NCBI GenBank assembly: GCA_951406725.2
Contig: OX597818.1
Location: forward strand, 40,796,001-40,860,000
Length of the DNA stretch: 64,000 bases
From: Octopus vulgaris
Taxonomy: Eukaryota
Direction of reading: 5' to 3'
Positions within the stretch are counted from its first letter, which is position 1. Each line of letters opens with the position of its first letter. The notes under the pieces were generated by a model. The model was not told the DNA's origin. It worked only from the letters and a program-made list of their open reading frames with translations, and did no database searches. Below are positions 27,561-40,713 of the stretch, in pieces. The position numbers and the translations under genes are program-made.

Positions 27561-27605
27561 GGACCACTGATGCGGTCACAGGAGTGTGACGAAAGAACTC
27601 TGGCC
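27561..27605 (+). ncRNA. Degenerate hammerhead motif
   Basis: GGACCA-CTGATGC-G-GTCAC aggagt GTGAC-GAAA-GAAC-TC-TGGCC: stems I and II intact, A9 replaced by C. Confidence 0.45.
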
Positions 27606-27662
27606 GAAATAAGATTAAGTTTAATGTAAAAAATGCATAACACTGAAGCAAAGTAACACCAA

Positions 27663-27744
<82 letters not shown>

Positions 27745-27789
27745 GTTTATGTGTACATACATGTATATATATATATATATATACATATA

Positions 27790-27839
<50 letters not shown>

Positions 27840-28586
27840 AGCAAATGCAAAGCATGAACAACACCAGTTAGTCATTGAGAAATACACAAAGACCATTAAC
27901 TTTACTTAAAAATTTATTTATAATATGAGGCCAAAATTTTCGTCGCTCGAAACTGCGACCTATTCACATACAAAAAATTGTGAAATACTTTTTGTCAAGT
28001 CTGTCTCTTTGTCACATAACTTCCGGTTTAGTTCACAACTTATCCGCCTCTCTCGCTCTTCTTTTCTGTCTGTATATGTATGAATGTATTTTCCCTCCTG
28101 TTTTTAATTATTTGAATTCTTCCTCTGAGAAAAGAGATAGTTTCTGACAAAGATACAAAGCTCCATCGTTGGAAAATAGTTAAAAAAGAAACAATGTCAC
28201 ATTTTAAACTCGAGGAAAGTCTTACATATATGCATGTATACACACACATACACACACACACACACACATACACACACATACACACACAAACACACATGCA
28301 TGCACTCACACACTTTTAACGCAGCGTTCTTTCATTCGACCTCTTACAAGACACTTTCCTCTTTTACATTGTATAAATGTATTTACGCGCACGCGTACAG
28401 GTACACACACACACAATTCTCAACATTCCGTTCTTTAAATTTCTTTTAAGAACACTTACTCGTTGTTCTCTGTTAAATTTTAAGTTACTTTGGCAATAAA
28501 AAATGACGTCTTTACCTACTTACCTGCCTACATACCTGTCTATGTATCTGACTTTCTCCCTCTCTCTCTCTATGTATGTATGCATA

Positions 28587-28659
<73 letters not shown>

Positions 28660-28744
28660 GCCTGTCTGTCTGTCAGTCTGTCCCTCTGCTTCTCTCTATC
28701 TCCCTTTCTCTCTATTTCTCTCCCGATCTATTTATCTATCTAAA

Positions 28745-29132
28745 GTGTTTGTCTCCAATCCTTTCAGACGCGTCCACCAGATACATTCTTTCGCCATAGC
28801 CACAAGAATGATGAAAATAGCTCTTCCTTCCCGTTTGAAGGAAGGGGGCGTGACAATATTGACGATAGACTCAGCTGATAAACCGACTCGTCCCACACGT
28901 GACAGCAGTTGTTCGACATAAGCCCACAGGTCGGAAATTGTTGGACACTGCACGAGTGCGTGCAGAACGGTTTCGTCGTTCTGACCGCATCTCGGGCAGG
29001 TCGGCCCCGTGTTTCTCGAGCCGTTTCTGTAGAGCTTATCCAGAACGGGTAGCGCTTCTCGGTAGCACTGCCAGGCCAGGGATCTCTGGAAGTTGTCCAT
29101 GGGCCGTGGCACGAAAGTCGTCCCGAACAGGC
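28745..29132 (-). mobile_element. L1/Tx1-clade LINE ORF2 fragment (C-terminal CCHC zinc knuckle)
   Basis: [13 protein letters not shown]...CPRCGQNDETVLHALVQCP...LWAYVE...AKECIWWTR. Confidence 0.85.
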
Positions 29133-29199
29133 GGGACTGAAACCCGGAAACATGTGGCTAGGAAGCAAGCTTCATACCACAGACACACGTCTGCGGCTG

Positions 29200-29230
<31 letters not shown>

Positions 29231-29271
29231 TCGTGTGTGTTTGTGCGTGTGTGTATGTATATGTCTGTATG

Positions 29272-29303
<32 letters not shown>

Positions 29304-29329
29304 TGTATGTATGTATGTATGTATGTATG

Positions 29330-29444
<115 letters not shown>

Positions 29445-29464
29445 TATATATATATATATGTATT

Positions 29465-29668
29465 TGTATGTCTGTGTCCTCCCACCATCACTTGGCAACC
29501 GATGCAAGTGTGTTTATGTCCCCGTACTTAGCGATTCGACAAAACAAACCGACAGAATATATTACAAAGAATAAGTCCTAGGGACGATTTGTTCGACTAA
29601 AGGCGGTGCTCCATTATCACCGCAGTCAAATGACTGAAACAATTAAAAGAATAAAGGAATAAAAGAAT
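29465..29668 (+). mobile_element. SINE family A 3' half
   Basis: cttggcaaccgatgcaagtgtgttt...cgcagtcaaatgactgaaac. Confidence 0.85.
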
Positions 29669-30750
29669 ATATATATACATATATATATATATACCAAGGC
29701 GATCTCAAAGTTATCCCAATCAGGAAAATATTAAATTCACTAGAAATATATGCACAGGCAATGACGTTGCTAATATGTCTGTCTCCCGCGGCAGCCCTTA
29801 ACTTTGCTACCATTGCCCCACCCTCTTCATTTATAAAGGCTTATACAGCAGACCCAATAGAACATGCCCTATAAAAGTACCTCTTAGGTTCACCTCATCG
29901 GCTCTTCCTCTACTTACGCACCTCTACACAGACATAGACTGTCAACATTTCCTGTGTTGGTTTGTGTATATTGAACGCTGTATATTGAAATAAAAACTTA
30001 AAAACTAATGTATTCTTTTATCTATTACATGTTTCTTTTTATTCCAATAATGTATTACCTTCTTTTGCTCCATTCTTTCATTTTGAACACAATTCTATAT
30101 TTCAACGAAACAAAATATCACATTTACGGAGATGTACTTGCATAGCGAGTGATGCAGCACGAAGTTTTGTCAGTGAACAGGTCCTGGTCTCAAAGCGACG
30201 AAAATATTTTGACAAATTAAATTTAAATGTTGAAGTGAATCTAACGGTTTTGTGTATTTCTTAAATGGCTTATAAACACCTTCCACGCTGCAAAATATCA
30301 CATATTCAGAGCATAAAACAACGTCTCATGCACTAGTATATATACATGTGTGTATGTGTGTGTGTAGTATAATTCGGTTAAAGACCTTGTAACGTGCATT
30401 TAAGACCTCCTATGCTGTTATTCGGTTAGCACTTGTAATTCTACAGTAGGATATATCCCACAGCTGCATACGCATGTGGAACTCCTCTTTGGATAAGATT
30501 AATAAAAGAATAATATAACAGGAGGATGGAAGATACTAGGCTTAAATGGATTTAATCGTAGTACACAACATTTGTTTCTGTACCACACACCAGCTTTAAG
30601 TTGCTCAGTTTATATTGATATACCATTGCACCAGATTAATTTTAATAATTTCTCTACAGTTCAATACTTTTCGACAACAGCCATGTGTAGGCACTTCATC
30701 GGGTGGAATACGATCAAGCACTGTCGGATTTTTCGGATTTTTATATAAAT

Positions 30751-30962
30751 GGTACTATTTAAGAAGAGTGGTCCCGCTGCACGTACTCGCTTACTCTAGC
30801 ATCCGCGCTAGCTAGTCGTGACTAGTCAATCCAAAAACGACTACCTACCAAAGTAAATCAAACACAAAGACACGAAGTAAAGATCGACTAGTCACGACTA
30901 GCTAGCGCGGATGCGCGAGTACGCGAGTGCGCGCACCGGGACCACTCTTCTTAAGTAGTACC
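30751..30962. repeat. GC-rich fold-back hairpin, ~80-bp arms, ~50-nt loop
   Basis: ggtactatttaagaagagtggtcccg...gcatccgcgctagctagtcgtgactagtc / gactagtcacgactagctagcgcggatgc...cgggaccactcttcttaagtagtacc. Confidence 0.9.
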
Positions 30963-30964
30963 TA

Positions 30965-31004
<40 letters not shown>

Positions 31005-32285
31005 CATCACATCATCACCATCATCATCATTACTATCATATATATATGTATATATGAAAAAATTCTGTCCTATGAAATTATCAATGTAATCAATGTCACA
31101 TTAAAAGACGCCGGAGATTGTTCATGGAATATAGTTATGGTTTCCGTGATTTTTAAAAATTTGTACAATAGGTTCCGCGATTTAAGTAAGTCTAAAAATG
31201 ACTGCCTCCGAGAATTTTTTTCTCCTTCTCTTCTAAGTTGAAATCCCGTGCTGATTGATTTGGCATTTAATCTGTTTGAAGTTTATTGAATATATTGTAA
31301 CGATATCGAACCAGTCGTAGTTGTGGCTTGTGTTGATGTCAAAAGAATCAATTTATTAAATGATCAGTAGATATTACGCGTACAACAGAAAAGGTATATT
31401 TTTTAAAATTATATTCTACATTGCATTCATATTTCATACTTCAAATGCTGAAACAGAGCGTAAGATTTTCCAGTCATTCCATATGACATAAAATGTTCGA
31501 GATATTATCCGTTTGTGCTCTGCTTAGATAATAATAAAAACAATGTAATGTAATATTTCCTTCAACTAGGGGTTCAAGTATAGCCACTGTCCAACGATGA
31601 AAACAGAGTTAAGAGCTTGCAAGAAGCGTATTATAAAAGAACGTTAGAATTCATTGATATTTAGATTTTTTCCCAAAAGATTTAGCAATGTAACTGATGT
31701 AACCAATCAGACAGTTTCAAATGGGAATTGACGAGGTAGAAGCTAATCATTTGATTAAATGCCATAATCAAACAAAATTTATATAATTTTTAATAAATTA
31801 CACACAGTCTGTATTTTAGAGTAAATTGAAAATAGTATTGTGTGATAGCCATGCTTTTTTTTCAAGTGTTTTAATAAGTGTCATAAGATAATTCAACGTG
31901 TGTAAATCGAGAATCAAAAGGATTGCAGTTAGATCTTACTTTTATTATTTAGTTAGCCAATGCTCTCCATAAATCTAAGATCCAGTAGTACAGTTCTATC
32001 CTTGTACATGAATATGTAAGTAAGGGTACATTAATGTGAATATGTTTGAATTTTTTTTAATGTATCCATTATGTGTAGCAGTTCCTTGAACTGTCCAATT
32101 CAGGGGAGAAAGAAGTCTTCAAGTAATACGTCCTGTTTTCCCTTTATAATTTTCATACGATTAGGATGATGATGGCGGTCATGTTACCGAATAAACTTTT
32201 TACTCAGAAGTTTCTGGCTTATGTTAGAAACAATCATTATTATTATTGCTGGTGGTAGTGTATCGAAATTTAAATATTTTTCGCT

Positions 32286-32843
32286 TCATCGTTTTAATAG
32301 ATCGATATCACATTTAATGCCCGAAATACTCAAATTCGGGTAGCTTTCATCCAGATTTCTGTCCAAATAAGCGGCTTTAGAAATTAGTGATCCACTGTCA
32401 GGAGTATTTGAATTCTTTTGCGTTAGTGATGAACTTTTAACGACAGGTTCGTACTTTGTCTCATGTAAATGAGAGCCGGTGCTATATATCTTATATGTTT
32501 TCCCAGCTAATTCAATACTTCCTTTTGGTATCACGTATTCCTTCTTGTAATTTGTCAAAACAGGATGTACGCTTATTTGAGTAGTGTTATAATCCGAGCA
32601 ATGTCTGTTAAGTGTACCGTGACATTTTTCATTTTCTGTATTTTCTTCATCATACCCAAAATAATCAGGAAGATTCATAGGTTTATAATGATTGCGAAGG
32701 TCGATATTACTGTGCCTCTCAATATCCGATAATGATTCCGGGGAGTTGTTCGTAATTCTTACATTACAGGGCAACATTTGAGCAACCTCTTCGTTATCGA
32801 TACGTGACAGAAGATTACCATAGTACCGTCTATGATGGCTCAT
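32286..32843 (-). CDS. Unidentified 185-aa ORF (possible host exon or pseudogene) in a repeat-free island
   Basis: The only long ORF that is neither microsatellite nor TE derived; N/S/K-rich with no recognisable domain. An upstream open frame at 32943-33128 is on the same strand. Confidence 0.4.
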   Translation of the reverse strand: MSHHRRYYGNLLSRIDNEEVAQMLPCNVRITNNSPESLSDIERHSNIDLRNHYKPMNLPDYFGYDEENTENEKCHGTLNRHCSDYNTTQISVHPVLTNYKKEYVIPKGSIELAGKTYKIYSTGSHLHETKYEPVVKSSSLTQKNSNTPDSGSLISKAAYLDRNLDESYPNLSISGIKCDIDLLKR

Positions 32844-33424
32844 TTTTTTAATCTAACATAATTTGCTTTGAAACGATTGTTAATTGTTTTGTTTATACGA
32901 TAGATGCTTTCTCTTCTCTTAATATCAAAATTAATGTAGTTCTTACTTTCGCTCAGATATTAATTCATAATTATTATCAATATCGTTTCTGTTGATTTTT
33001 CCAGTTTGTTCTGTTATTGTATCAAAGAGGGTGTTTTTCTCTTTCTCTTGCAAAGTAATGGATTGAACGCTGAGAAATTTCGAAAAGATATTTCTAATTT
33101 TCAGAAATATCAACCAACGCGGTTCCAACGTGAATATGAGAAGACATCATTTGCAGCTTGGTGAAATTGTTTCAAAGCATCGTAACTAGGAAACACTAAC
33201 AATAGAAAATGCATCGTGAGTGGCACGTCATCATAAAATGAAAACTATGACGCCGTTTGTATTTCTATCGTAATGATGTCATATTAATATCACGAAGTCA
33301 AAACGAAAACAATAATTTTCGCATATAAAAATAGATACAACAGTTGCTTTGCTTCTTGTTCCTCTGTTAACTTGGTAACGTGTAGCAAAAATAACAAAAA
33401 ATGAATTTTCCGATTTTTCTATTT

Positions 33425-34275
33425 TATCTTTAACTTATTTCAGGCTTCTTATTTCAGTCGGTGGATTGCGGCCATGATGGGAAACCGGCTTGAAGATGTG
33501 TGTTTATTATTAGAACAAATCGATCCAAGTATTTACTTTACTTTTTAAGTCTGGAACTTATTCTATCGGATTCTTTTACCGAACCGCTGGGATCTTTTCG
33601 GTTTGAACGGCAGTTTTTAAAATAATTTCCACGTAACTAAACACTTTTAAACTTCGTATACTGGTAGAATGTGTTTATAAAACATCTTTTTCTCTTGGCT
33701 TTATTGAGAAAATTCTATAGCTTGTAAGATATTTGTTGTTGTTTTTTCTTCAATTTCTGCAATTTCAACCAATCAATGAGTCTATTTGAGGTGAAAACAT
33801 TCTGTGCCGTATGAATATGTCCCTCGTTTAAGAAACAGATTGGGTTTATTTACATTTCTGAAGAAAAAAGATACCCTTCTCCCCACCCTAACCCTAACTA
33901 ACCCTAACTAAACCTAACCCTAAAACAGATTGAAATGCAATAGATCGATACTAGGGTCATAATTATGGGTGACAATTTCATATGACACCGCTAGAAAAAA
34001 CTGCCGTTCAAACCGAAAAGATCCAACTGCTGCATTGATTGATGGGAAATAGTGAACAACACAACGCCAGTTGTCTTGTTAAGCGATTGTCGCGGGTGAC
34101 AAACACAGATACAAAGACACAAACACATACATATATATAGGCACGTATACACACATATACACGGTCTCCCAATAACTACACAGTTTCTGTCTCACAAATT
34201 CACTCACAAGGCAATGGTCGGCCTGAGAAGACACGCTGTAGGACAGAACCCGAAACTACATGGTTGCAAAGCGAG
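33425..34275 (-). mobile_element. Old SINE family A copy interrupted by a MITE
   Basis: Tail at 33425-33589, body resumes at 34025-34275. Confidence 0.7.
33590..34024. mobile_element. MITE with 28-bp TIRs, 8-bp TSD and internal (CCCTAA)n
   Basis: TIR ggatcttttcggtttgaacggcagtttt / aaaactgccgttcaaaccgaaaagatcc; TSD aaccgctg / aactgctg; telomere-like repeats at 33886-33923. Confidence 0.9.
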
Positions 34276-34496
34276 TATTTTCACCTGACAATCATCTCTG
34301 TAAAACGAAATGTATTTATTGTTACATATTTATGAGAAATTTGGTTGATATACTGATAATCAGTAAAAAGAAGATACCGAAAGAATTTCCTAAAGGGAAG
34401 AAATATGGTAGAGTTTATCAAAGTATGCGTTTATTCATATATGTCTGAAATAGTTTTCGTGTATTTTGCCATTTATCTGCAGTGAAACTTCATTCA

Positions 34497-35575
34497 ATCA
34501 ATATACTGACTATGAAAGGCTGCGAGCTGGCAGAATCGGTAGCAACCCGGGCGAAATGCCTACTGGTATTTCGTCTGCCGCTACGTGAAAGTCAGCGAGC
34601 AGGCAGAATAGTTAGCACACTGGGCGAAATGCTTAGCGGTATTTCGTCTGCTGTTACGTTCTGAGTTCAAATTCCACCGAGGTCGACTTTGACCTTCATC
34701 CTTGCGGGATCGATTAAATAAGTACAAGTTATGCACTGTGGTCGATGTAATCGACTTAATCCGTTTGTCTGTCCTTGTTTGTCGCCTCTGTGTTTGGCCC
34801 TTGTGGATAGTAAAGAAATAGGTATTTCGCCTGCCGTTACGTTCTGAGTTCAAATTCCGCCGAGGTCGACTTTGCCTTTCATCCTTTCGGGGTCAATAAA
34901 TTAAGTACCAGTTACGCACTGGGGTCGATCTAATCGACTTAATCAGTTTGTCTGTCCTTGTTTGTCCTCTCTGTGTTTAGCCCTTGTGAGTAATAAAAAA
35001 ATAAGAAACGTTAGCACGCCAGGCGAAATGCTTAGCAGCATTTCGTCTGCCGCTACGTTGTGAGTTCAAATTCCGCCGAGGTCGACTTTGCCTTCCATCC
35101 TTTCGGGGTCGATTAAATAAGTACCAGTTACGCACTGGGGTCGATATAATCGACTTAATTCGTTTGTCTGTCCTTTTTTGTCCCCTCTATGTTTATCCTC
35201 TTGTGGGTAATAAAGAAAAGTAATAGCACGTATGCTTAATAGTATTTCGTCTGCCGCTACGTTCTAAGTTCAAATTCCGTCGAGGTCGACTTTGCCTTTC
35301 CGCCTTTCGGGGTCGACTAAATAAGTACCAGTTACTGGGGTCGATATAATCGACTTAATCTCTTTGTCTGTCCTTGTTTGTCATCTCTATGTTTAACTCC
35401 TTGTGGGTAGTAAAGAAATGGGTATTTCGTCTGCCGTTACGTCTGAGTTCAAATTCCGCCGAGGTCAATTTTCCCTTTCATCCTTTCGAGATCGATAAAT
35501 TAAATACCAGTTGTGTACTGGAGTCGATCTAATAATCGACTACCCTCCTTCCTCCAAAATTTCGCCTTGTGCCTC
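34497..35575 (+). mobile_element. Tandem array of about 5 SINE family B units
   Basis: ~180-215-bp units (tatttcgtctg...gagttcaaattcc...Nin-like domain...ccccttgtggg.agtaaagaaa) arranged head to tail. Confidence 0.9.
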
Positions 35576-35639
35576 AAGTTCTAAAGTTCGATCTCCTTGC
35601 ACGTCACTTTATGTAGTCATTTATTATCTATTACTTGAT

Positions 35640-36032
35640 ATAGTCATTGGACTGCGGCTATGCTGGGGCACCGTCTTGAAGAGTCTAGTTAAACAGATCA
35701 CTCTACCCATCCACCAGGGCCTATTTTATTTTTAAGCTTTATAAATATTTGTCATCTCTTTTGCTGAACCGCTAACTCACAGAGACGTTAGCAAATTAAC
35801 GCTTACTGTCAAGCGGTGGGATAGAGAGAATCGCAAGCACAAAATCAGACACACACACCCACACATATACGGTGGGCTTCCACCCAGTTTCCGTCTGCCA
35901 TATTTACTCACAAGACATCAGTCGGCCTGGGTCTATTGTAGAAGCCACCTGTCTTTGGTGCTGCTCTGTGAGACTGACCCTGAAACCACATAGCTGCAAT
36001 GCGAGCTTCTTAAACAAACAGCCATATCTGCG
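35640..36032 (-). mobile_element. Diverged SINE family A copy
   Basis: gtcattggactgcggctatgctggggcacc...gctgaaccgctaa...ttcttaaacaaacagccat. Confidence 0.65.
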
Positions 36033-36222
36033 CCTTTGTGTTTATTCATTTCTCTCTTTTTATATTTTTATTTTTATTTCACTTGTTGAGACTGCAGGAA
36101 GGTGGTACTTTGCCTTTCATGCTTTCGGGGTCGATAAATTAAGTACCAGTGGCGTACTGCGGTCGATCTAATCGACTGGCCCCTCCCCCAAGATTTCGGG
36201 CCTTGTGCCTAGAATAGCAAAG

Positions 36223-36263
<41 letters not shown>

Positions 36264-36273
36264 CATTATTATT

Positions 36274-36326
<53 letters not shown>

Positions 36327-36361
36327 TATTGCTAGTATTGTTGCTGTTGTTCTTGTTGTTA

Positions 36362-36439
<78 letters not shown>

Positions 36440-36447
36440 TATTATTA

Positions 36448-36495
<48 letters not shown>

Positions 36496-36620
36496 TGTAA
36501 TAACTGGATTAGAATGAGCTTTACTACTACCTCTCTTTCCATGGCAACTATCGATCCTGCTAGTTTAGTATTCATTTTCAACCGGAGACGTGTACTTAAT
36601 CCTATCCTTAGAACCTCATC

Positions 36621-36696
36621 TTATCTTTCCAATGCATCGTCGTAATATTCGGCGTTCCCGTTAAAAGTTTGTTCGTTCGCCAATAATTTAGAAATT
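36621..36696 (-). CDS. Possible short terminal coding exon (ISKLLANEQTFNGNAEYYDDALER*)
   Basis: Acceptor-like atatttccttcAG followed by 24 open codons and TAA in unique sequence. No partner exon identified. Confidence 0.2.
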
Positions 36697-37348
36697 CTGA
36701 AGGAAATATTTGTAACTAGATTGTCTATTGTTAATCTAGGATGATTAGATAAACGGTGTATATAGTGGAATTTCTGTCTGGTGAGAAAAATATAAGCCGC
36801 TAGTTAGGATGAAAGCAACATGTATACATACACATATATATAAATACGCACACATATCCATACATACGCATATACATACACACATATAAGCAAATACATA
36901 CATGTGCATATACGCAGATATGTATATGGGGGAAGTGTTTTACAATAATAGATAGATGTAATTTTCGCATTGAACAGACGCCGTTTCAAAATAAATCGTT
37001 TACATTTATCCATCAATATAAAAGCCATCGCACTATATCTCTCTATATTTCTCGCCTCATCACTATCTCTTACAATTCATCTCTCAATCTCTCACTATGT
37101 GTTTATCTATCTATGTGTGTATGCTTATGTATGTGTGAGTGCTTGTGTGTATACGTGTGTGTCTGCACGCGCCCATAGATCGGTTTAATAATCAACACGA
37201 TTATATTAACACTGGAAGTGATTGTTAAAATTATTCACTAGACAGATATATATATATATATATATATATATACTTGTGTGTGTATGCATACACGGACACA
37301 CATATTGTTAGAGAGATAGATCGATCTATCGATAAACAGATAGATAGT

Positions 37349-37418
<70 letters not shown>

Positions 37419-37719
37419 TTTAGTCTTAATTACGGCGGGGTCAGTTTTTATTTTATAGACTAGTTTATCAAATCCTTTATATATTTAAGGCTGAGGGAAG
37501 ACAGAGGGTAGTATTTGTTCAGGGTAGAGATGGTGGAGTAGACAGACATCCTAAATGGCGTAGTCATAAAATCAAGATTTATTTGAAGTAAAACTAAATA
37601 ACAGAAAAATCAGTGAAAACCAGTGTCTTCTGGAAAAAAAAAATTCAGTTACAACTGAAATTCGAACCTCGGAGTTTTATCATGGCTACCGAAAAATTGT
37701 CACATATTACGAAAAATTG

Positions 37720-37760
<41 letters not shown>

Positions 37761-37796
37761 TATATAGACAAACACAGACACACATATATATATATT

Positions 37797-37945
37797 TGGC
37801 GTTAGGAAGGGCATCCAGCCGTAGAAACATTGCCAGATCAGACTGGGCCTGGTGCAGCCTTCTGGCTTCCCAAACCCCAGTTGAAACGTCCAACCCATGC
37901 TAGCATGGAAAGCGGACGCTAAACGAAGATGATGATGATGATGAT
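37797..37945 (+). mobile_element. SINE 3' half with V-domain-like motif and (GAT)n tail
   Basis: ggcgttaggaagggcatccagccgtagaaac...catggaaagcggacgctaaacgaagatgatgatg. Confidence 0.65.
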
Positions 37946-38441
37946 ATATACATACTTACATAAATAAATGCGTGTGTGTTTGCGTGCGTATGTGTGTGTG
38001 TGTAACCTATGCAGTTGCTTCCTTTCTCGTAGAAATCACTTTCGCTTTGCTTTGATCTCCCAGTGACTATCCTTATTTCCTAGCTTATTTGGAACTTAAT
38101 TCCTCCACTTTCTCTCCTCTCTCTCTCTCTCTCTCTTCCCTCTCTTTCACCCCCTCTTTTCTCTCTCCCTCTCTCTCTTCCCTCTCTTTCACTCCCTCTT
38201 TTCCTCCTCTCTCTCTCTCTCTCTCTCCGCTTTTCCACCAATCCTTTTACACACACACATGCACGCGCGCGCACACACACACATACACGCATACATACAC
38301 TCACACACACACACACATACTTATACACACCCACACACTGTTACTTTCCCTCACATTGCTTTTTCATCCATTAACCTATTCTCCCCACCGACTTATTTTT
38401 TCCAGTTTTCAACTTAAATTACTCGGGCTTAAATTTCATTA

Positions 38442-38503
<62 letters not shown>

Positions 38504-38759
38504 TTTATTTTTATTTATTTATTTAATTATTATTTATTTATTTTGTTTTTATTTCTTTTTCTTTTTTTTTTGTTACTATTATTCCGTGCCAAATCCGTAG
38601 AAAGATTTCCGCCCGAAAAGATTGTACTTTTGATGGTATTGTGATGCTGGTAGCTGGAGCTCGTGGTGGCGGCGGTAAGTGATGTATGGGGCAGCACTGG
38701 CTGTGGTGGCAGCACAGGTGATTGTTGTAGTTAACGGCTTGATTTTATGGCGGCGGTGA

Positions 38760-39430
38760 TGGCACAATGGTTGTGATATTGGCAGTGGAACTGCGTTGTC
38801 GTTTTGGGCGGTGGTGGTGGAGGTGGTGGTGGTGGTGGTGTTGATGAGGATGATGATACTAATGAAGGTGGTGGCGGTGGTGGTGGTGATGGGGGGGATG
38901 GTGGTGGTGGTGATGGTGGTGGTGGTGGTGGTGGTGGTGGTGGTGGTGGTGGTGGTGGTGGTGGTGGTGGTGGTGGTGGTTTTGGTGGTGATGAGGATGA
39001 TGATAGTAATGAAGGTGGTGGTGGTGGTGATGGTGGTGGTGGTGATGGTGATGGTGGTGGTGATGGTGGTGGTGATCCTCGTCGTCGTTGTCGTTATGAT
39101 GCTACTGATGCTTATGTTGGTGTTGGTAATGATGATGTTTGTAGCGGTTGTGGCATGGCTGCTGATGATGGTGATAATATTGATGGTGATGACGATGGTG
39201 TTGTTGTTGTTGAGGGGGGGGTCGTCGTGACGGTGCTGTTAGTGCTGGTAATGATATTGATGTTTGTGGCAGGGCAGCGGTGGTGGTTATGGCATGGCTG
39301 CTGATGATGGTGATGATAATGATGGTTGTGCTGCTGGTGTTGTTGTTGCTGCTGCTGCTGCTGCTAGTAGTGAAGGTGATGGTGGTGGTGGTCGTCGTCG
39401 TCCTCATTGTTGTCGCCGTCGTCGACATGG

Positions 39431-39486
<56 letters not shown>

Positions 39487-39560
39487 GTGGTGATTTTTGT
39501 GGCGGTAGTGGCCGTTGTGGCATGGCTGATGATGACGGCGATAACAATGATGGTGATTAA
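38760..39560. repeat. Compound (GGT)n/(GAT)n/(GCT)n low-complexity tract with internal duplications
   Basis: Repeated sub-blocks gatgaggatgatgata.taatgaaggtggtgg (x2) and tggcatggctg.tgatga (x3). Confidence 0.85.
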
Positions 39561-40147
39561 GGCGGCGAGATGGCAGAAATGTTAGCACGCCGGCGAAATG
39601 CTTAGCAATACTTCGTCTGCTGTTACGTTCTGAGTTCAAATTCCGTCGAGGTCAACTTTACCTTTCATCCTTTCGGGGTCGATAAATTAAATACCAGTTA
39701 CGCACTGGGGTCGATGTACTCAACTTAATTCGTTTGTCTGTCCTTGTTTGTCCCTTCTGTGTTTAGCCCCTTGTGGGTTGTAAAGAAATAGGTATTTCGT
39801 CTGTTGTTACGTTCTGAGTTTAAATTCCGCTGAAGTCGACTTTACCTTTCATCCTTTCGGGGTCGATAAAATAAGTACCAGTTACGCACTGGGGCTCATA
39901 CAATCGACTTAATCCGTTTGTCTGTCCTTGTTTGTCCTCTCTGTGTTTAGCCCCTTGTGGGTAGTAAAGAAATAGATATTTCGTTTGTTGGTACGTTCTG
40001 AGTTCAAATTTCGTCTTGGTTGACTTTATTTTTCAACCTTGCGGGGTCGATAAAATAAGTACCAGTTACGCACTGGGGTCGATGCAATCGACTTAATCCC
40101 TTTGTTTGTCCCCTCTGTGTTTAGCCCCTTGTGGACAATAAAGAAAT
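39561..40147 (+). mobile_element. SINE family B trimer
   Basis: Full head at 39561, then two headless units starting at ggtatttcgtctg / gatatttcgtttg. Confidence 0.9.
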
Positions 40148-40580
40148 AAATAATGATGATGATGATGACGGTGGTATTGTTGTTGTTGATGGTGGTGGTG
40201 TTGGGCGGGGTGGTATTTAAGATGGGAGCTTGTTGGTTGTGATGTTTACATAAACGATGCACACACAATGGTGCATACCTGGGTGGGAGTTACTGCATCG
40301 GGTATTGCTGGTTGTTGTTATGATAGTGATGATGGTTGTTGTAATTCTGCCCTTAGCTGCCACTGCTGTGGTTGCTGTTGTTGTTGTTGTTGTTGTTGTT
40401 AGTGTTGGGTGGGGCCGGAGTGACGCTACAACTGTTGTGTGTATGGCCTTAATTGTCTGATGAAATAATTAATGATTATCAAAGCGGGATAACTGTTGGT
40501 TGGGAATGGTAGCCGATAGGTGGCAGTTGCGGTGGCGGTAACGGTGACAGCGTTAGCGACAAGGCGAGGGCGGCATGTAC

Positions 40581-40643
<63 letters not shown>

Positions 40644-40650
40644 CAGCAGC

Positions 40651-40713
<63 letters not shown>

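Noticed and set aside
34497-35575. CRISPR-like repeat array
   Set aside because: Eukaryotic context; the units are whole ~200-bp SINE bodies with no unique spacers and no cas genes.
36668-36679. 12-nt match to the 5' end of miR-375 (tttgttcgttcg)
   Set aside because: The 3' half diverges and no hairpin partner is visible.
38796-39639. Gly/Asp-rich or Val-rich ORFs
   Set aside because: A trinucleotide low-complexity tract open in several frames on both strands, with no splice or domain evidence.
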